IMG/VR virus record: IMGVR_UViG_3300034072_000758
Coordinates: 427,030-491,029 of that record
Strand: one strand, 5' to 3'
Source of the DNA: a virus
Length of the DNA stretch: 64,000 bases
The position numbers were made by a program, and so were the translations under genes. The notes below the pieces were generated by a model that saw nothing but the letters and a program-made list of their open reading frames with translations, ran no database searches and was not told the origin of the DNA. Shown here one piece after another: positions 61,349-64,000 of this stretch (positions are counted from its first letter, which is position 1; each line of letters opens with the position of its first letter).

Positions 61349-63994
61349 TTAGGTACATGACTCGCATATTTCCGGGTTTTCTGGGGCAACCGTTGGGGCA
61401 GCGTCATAGTTATTGACGGTGACCTTTTGGATACGGCTGGCCGAGCGAGAGCGCAGATAATAAGTCGTTTTCAGACCAGATTCCCACGCCATTTTGTACA
61501 GGGCCGACAAGACACCAATTCTCTTGTTCTGATCATACTTGTTCAAGTCCAAAAAGATGTTCGTGGACTGCGCTTGACAAATAAAGGCACCACGAGCCGC
61601 CGCGTGACGAATGATGGCCTTCTGTGAAATTTCCCAGACGGTCTTGTAGAGCGAATAGAAATCCGTAGGCAGGTTCTTAAGGTTCATGATCGAACCCTCG
61701 TCTTGTATCAACGTTTGGATCGTTTCGTCATTCCATCGACCGATTGCCTTCAAGTCGGCAACCAAGTGCTTGTTGATAGAAATGAACTCACCCGACAGAG
61801 TTTCACGCTTCAACAGGTTTGACTTCGTAGGCTCTGTACATTCCTCAGCACCAGAAATGTGCGCAATGGAGGCCGTAGGAGCGATAGCAATCAGCAGGGA
61901 GTTGCGAAGGCCATACGTTTTAATATCCGCCTTGAGAGCGTCCCAACGGGCCTTGTCAGATGGTTCTACACCTACCAGATCGAATTGGAGATCACCCTTG
62001 GCAGCACGGGTCAGGAAGAAGTCTCGGTGAGCACCATGTTTCTTAGCCAGTTCACATGAGGTCTTCAAGGCTTGGTAATAAATTTCCTCTTGGATCGTAG
62101 CAGACAGAGCAACCGCTTCATCGCTCTCGTAAGGAAGACGTAGCTGATAGAAAATATCAGCCAGACCCATCAGACCCAAACCAACTGGACGCCAGCGCTT
62201 GTTAGATGCTTCCGACTCTGGGATCGGATAGAAGTTACGGTCGATAACACGATCAAGATACTTGACCGCAATGTCTACGTTCTTTCTCAGCTTTTCTTTG
62301 TCGAGCTTGTTGTTCTTGACATAATTACGACCAACATTGATCGAACCAAGGTTACAAACAGCGACTTCATGGCCTTCCAACGCGGTATAACGATCCGTTG
62401 AGTGATCATAACCAAGAATGTTGATATTGTCGTGAAGAATCTTTTCCGGGGACATCGCATTGAATTGTTCACGGGTCAATTCGATCTTCTTACCAGAGTT
62501 GGTAATTTCGAGAATTTCCGTACACAAATTCGACAGGTGAATGATACCGGAGGACAACTTCTTTTCAACCAGCTTCACACCATAGACTTCACTATGACCG
62601 GCGACCCCGATAGAATCGGCGGTAGTGATCTCAGCAGCATATTTTGTACCGGAGATTGTCTCGATTTGGTCAGTTGGAAGATGGCGCAGGAACGAACCAT
62701 TCGTCAATTCGATCTGAATGACTTCCGTTTCCGGGTGAACCTGATTGCCGCGCTTATTAGCGGTATCCTTGAAGCAAATCCATCCGTTGCCGGTTTCGCT
62801 CAAGGTACGAATCATACGCGCATACAGCTTGTGTGCCGGAATTTGTTCAGCGTACTTGCCTTCGCGCTCAAGCTCAAGATAGCGAGCCTCATAAGCTTCA
62901 CCGTACAGGTCATTCAATTCTGGCGCGACAGCCGGGTCAAACAGCGACCATTGCTCGTTGGCGACCATACGCTTCATGAACAAATCGGATACCCAGACCG
63001 CGAGGTTCAGGTTGTAGGCGCGCTTTTCCTTTTCACCGGCATTATCGCGCAGTTCCAAGAACTCCATGATGTCAGCGTGGTGTGTTTCGATATAAACACA
63101 AGCCGCACCCTTGCGCTTGCCACCTTGGTTGACAGCAGCAACATATCCGTTATTGGCATGAAGCCAAGGAATCAGGCCGTTGGAATTACCGTTTGTGCCT
63201 TTGATGAAGCTACCAGACGAGCGGATGCGCGAAGCCGAATAACCGATACCACCAGCATACTTCGACAATTGATTAAAGTCCGACTGGCGCTTCGAAATGT
63301 CTTTCAGATCATCCAGAGCCGAATCCAACAAATAGCACGACGACATCTGGCTACGTTGAGTTCCCGAATTGAAAAGCGTCGGCGATGATGTCATGTACTC
63401 CAAGCTGGACAGCAGATTATACATTTCGATAACTTCGGAAGCTGTTTCGGCAAGACCAGCAGCTACGCGCATGAAGAAATATTGAGGCGTCTCAATGACA
63501 ACACGTTGTTTCGAGTTCTCGCTTACCTTCGCCGAGGTGTGCTTCAAACAATAGCGATCATATAGCGTTTGAATACCATGATATTCCAACAGGTTATCGC
63601 GCTCAGGCTTAATCGCCGAGTTCAGCTTACGCTTGTTGGCCGAAACCAATTTATACGTTGCTTCGTTAATCAGACCCAACTCATAACCAGTTTGAATGCT
63701 CTGCGAGAACGAATGAATGTCCTGAACAGCCAATTCTTTAGCAATATAGTTCGAGAGAATACGAGCGGCCAGTGTACCGTATTGCGGATCAGTAATGGCC
63801 AAATTGGAAGAGTTCTTTATAGAAATCAAATCGATTTCGCGGGAAGCAACACCGTCAACCAAACTACCAACGGTCTTAGTAGCTACCTTAAAGATGTCCA
63901 AATCTTTCAGGTCACTCGACACTCTTGTCAGAGAATTAACAATCTTATTCAGGTCAACCTCTTCAAGTTGACCATTTCTTTTCTTTACGAACAT
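61349..63994 (-). CDS. nrdA: ribonucleotide reductase large (alpha) subunit, class I-like, with N-terminal ATP-cone
   Basis: ATP-cone (VKKRNGQLEEVDLNKI), active-site block SNLCTEI and CNLGSINV, C-terminal Cys pair (CESC). 881 aa, uninterrupted with no intron. Confidence 0.85.
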   Translation of the reverse strand: MFVKKRNGQLEEVDLNKIVNSLTRVSSDLKDLDIFKVATKTVGSLVDGVASREIDLISIKNSSNLAITDPQYGTLAARILSNYIAKELAVQDIHSFSQSIQTGYELGLINEATYKLVSANKRKLNSAIKPERDNLLEYHGIQTLYDRYCLKHTSAKVSENSKQRVVIETPQYFFMRVAAGLAETASEVIEMYNLLSSLEYMTSSPTLFNSGTQRSQMSSCYLLDSALDDLKDISKRQSDFNQLSKYAGGIGYSASRIRSSGSFIKGTNGNSNGLIPWLHANNGYVAAVNQGGKRKGAACVYIETHHADIMEFLELRDNAGEKEKRAYNLNLAVWVSDLFMKRMVANEQWSLFDPAVAPELNDLYGEAYEARYLELEREGKYAEQIPAHKLYARMIRTLSETGNGWICFKDTANKRGNQVHPETEVIQIELTNGSFLRHLPTDQIETISGTKYAAEITTADSIGVAGHSEVYGVKLVEKKLSSGIIHLSNLCTEILEITNSGKKIELTREQFNAMSPEKILHDNINILGYDHSTDRYTALEGHEVAVCNLGSINVGRNYVKNNKLDKEKLRKNVDIAVKYLDRVIDRNFYPIPESEASNKRWRPVGLGLMGLADIFYQLRLPYESDEAVALSATIQEEIYYQALKTSCELAKKHGAHRDFFLTRAAKGDLQFDLVGVEPSDKARWDALKADIKTYGLRNSLLIAIAPTASIAHISGAEECTEPTKSNLLKRETLSGEFISINKHLVADLKAIGRWNDETIQTLIQDEGSIMNLKNLPTDFYSLYKTVWEISQKAIIRHAAARGAFICQAQSTNIFLDLNKYDQNKRIGVLSALYKMAWESGLKTTYYLRSRSASRIQKVTVNNYDAAPTVAPENPEICESCT

Positions 63995-64000
63995 GTGACG

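Noticed and set aside
61349-63994. Self-splicing intron or intein in the RNR gene (common in T4-like nrd genes)
   Set aside because: The ORF is continuous at 881 aa with all catalytic blocks in order and no long insertion. No intron is evident.
1-64000. CRISPR arrays, integrase/att sites, transposases
   Set aside because: No short direct repeats with uniform spacers were seen; the only tandem repeats are the 9-bp collagen codon repeats and one 21-bp duplication inside genes. No tyrosine or serine recombinase signatures were seen. The only mobile elements are the GIY-YIG and HNH homing endonucleases.

Overview
This window reads as a densely packed tailed-phage genome segment, most likely from a jumbo phage of a Gram-negative host. 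Evidence for that host type: sigma70-like TTGACA-N16/17-TAnnnT promoters, an OMP-like beta-barrel gene, and a T4-like UvsX/gp32 module. Genes sit in short co-directional blocks with ATGA/TAATG start-stop overlaps and rho-independent terminators at block ends.

Main content:
- At least 27 tRNA or tRNA-like genes: 11 scattered on the plus strand and a roughly 2 kb minus-strand array at 50384-52377 dominated by Leu, Arg and Lys isoacceptors plus Trp.
- Three aminoacyl-tRNA synthetases (CysRS, AspRS, SerRS), a glutamine-dependent NAD+ synthetase, a class I ribonucleotide reductase large subunit, UvsX and gp32 homologues, and a small Rnl2-like RNA ligase.
- A GH19 endolysin followed by an OMP-like beta-barrel gene and a class-3 lipase.
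- A viral-type K+ channel (TVGYGD), an SPFH/flotillin protein, an M16 zinc peptidase and a Pol-beta-type nucleotidyltransferase.
- Structural genes: a 1773-aa fiber protein, a collagen-repeat fiber, and several smaller fibers with paralogous N-termini.
- Two freestanding homing endonucleases, one GIY-YIG and one HNH.

Observations worth a second look:
- Two chimeric type-II tRNAs (long variable arm) carry lysine anticodons CUU and UUU and sit next to canonical tRNA-Lys copies, in a phage that also encodes its own SerRS. They may be mis-charging or recoding tRNAs.
- A 117-nt Leu-like tRNA has an abnormal anticodon loop.
- A promoter-driven, ORF-free, structured region of about 1.3 kb (2698-4047) ends directly at a tRNA. 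It looks like a large ornate ncRNA, possibly GOLLD/ROOL-like or an ORF-less intron-like ribozyme.
- A promoter-to-terminator non-coding unit at 48844-49346 is made of tRNA T-arm/minihelix-like hairpins that do not fold into cloverleaves.

All calls were made by hand from the sequence and the ORF track. tRNA anticodons and boundaries need tRNAscan-SE/ARAGORN confirmation.
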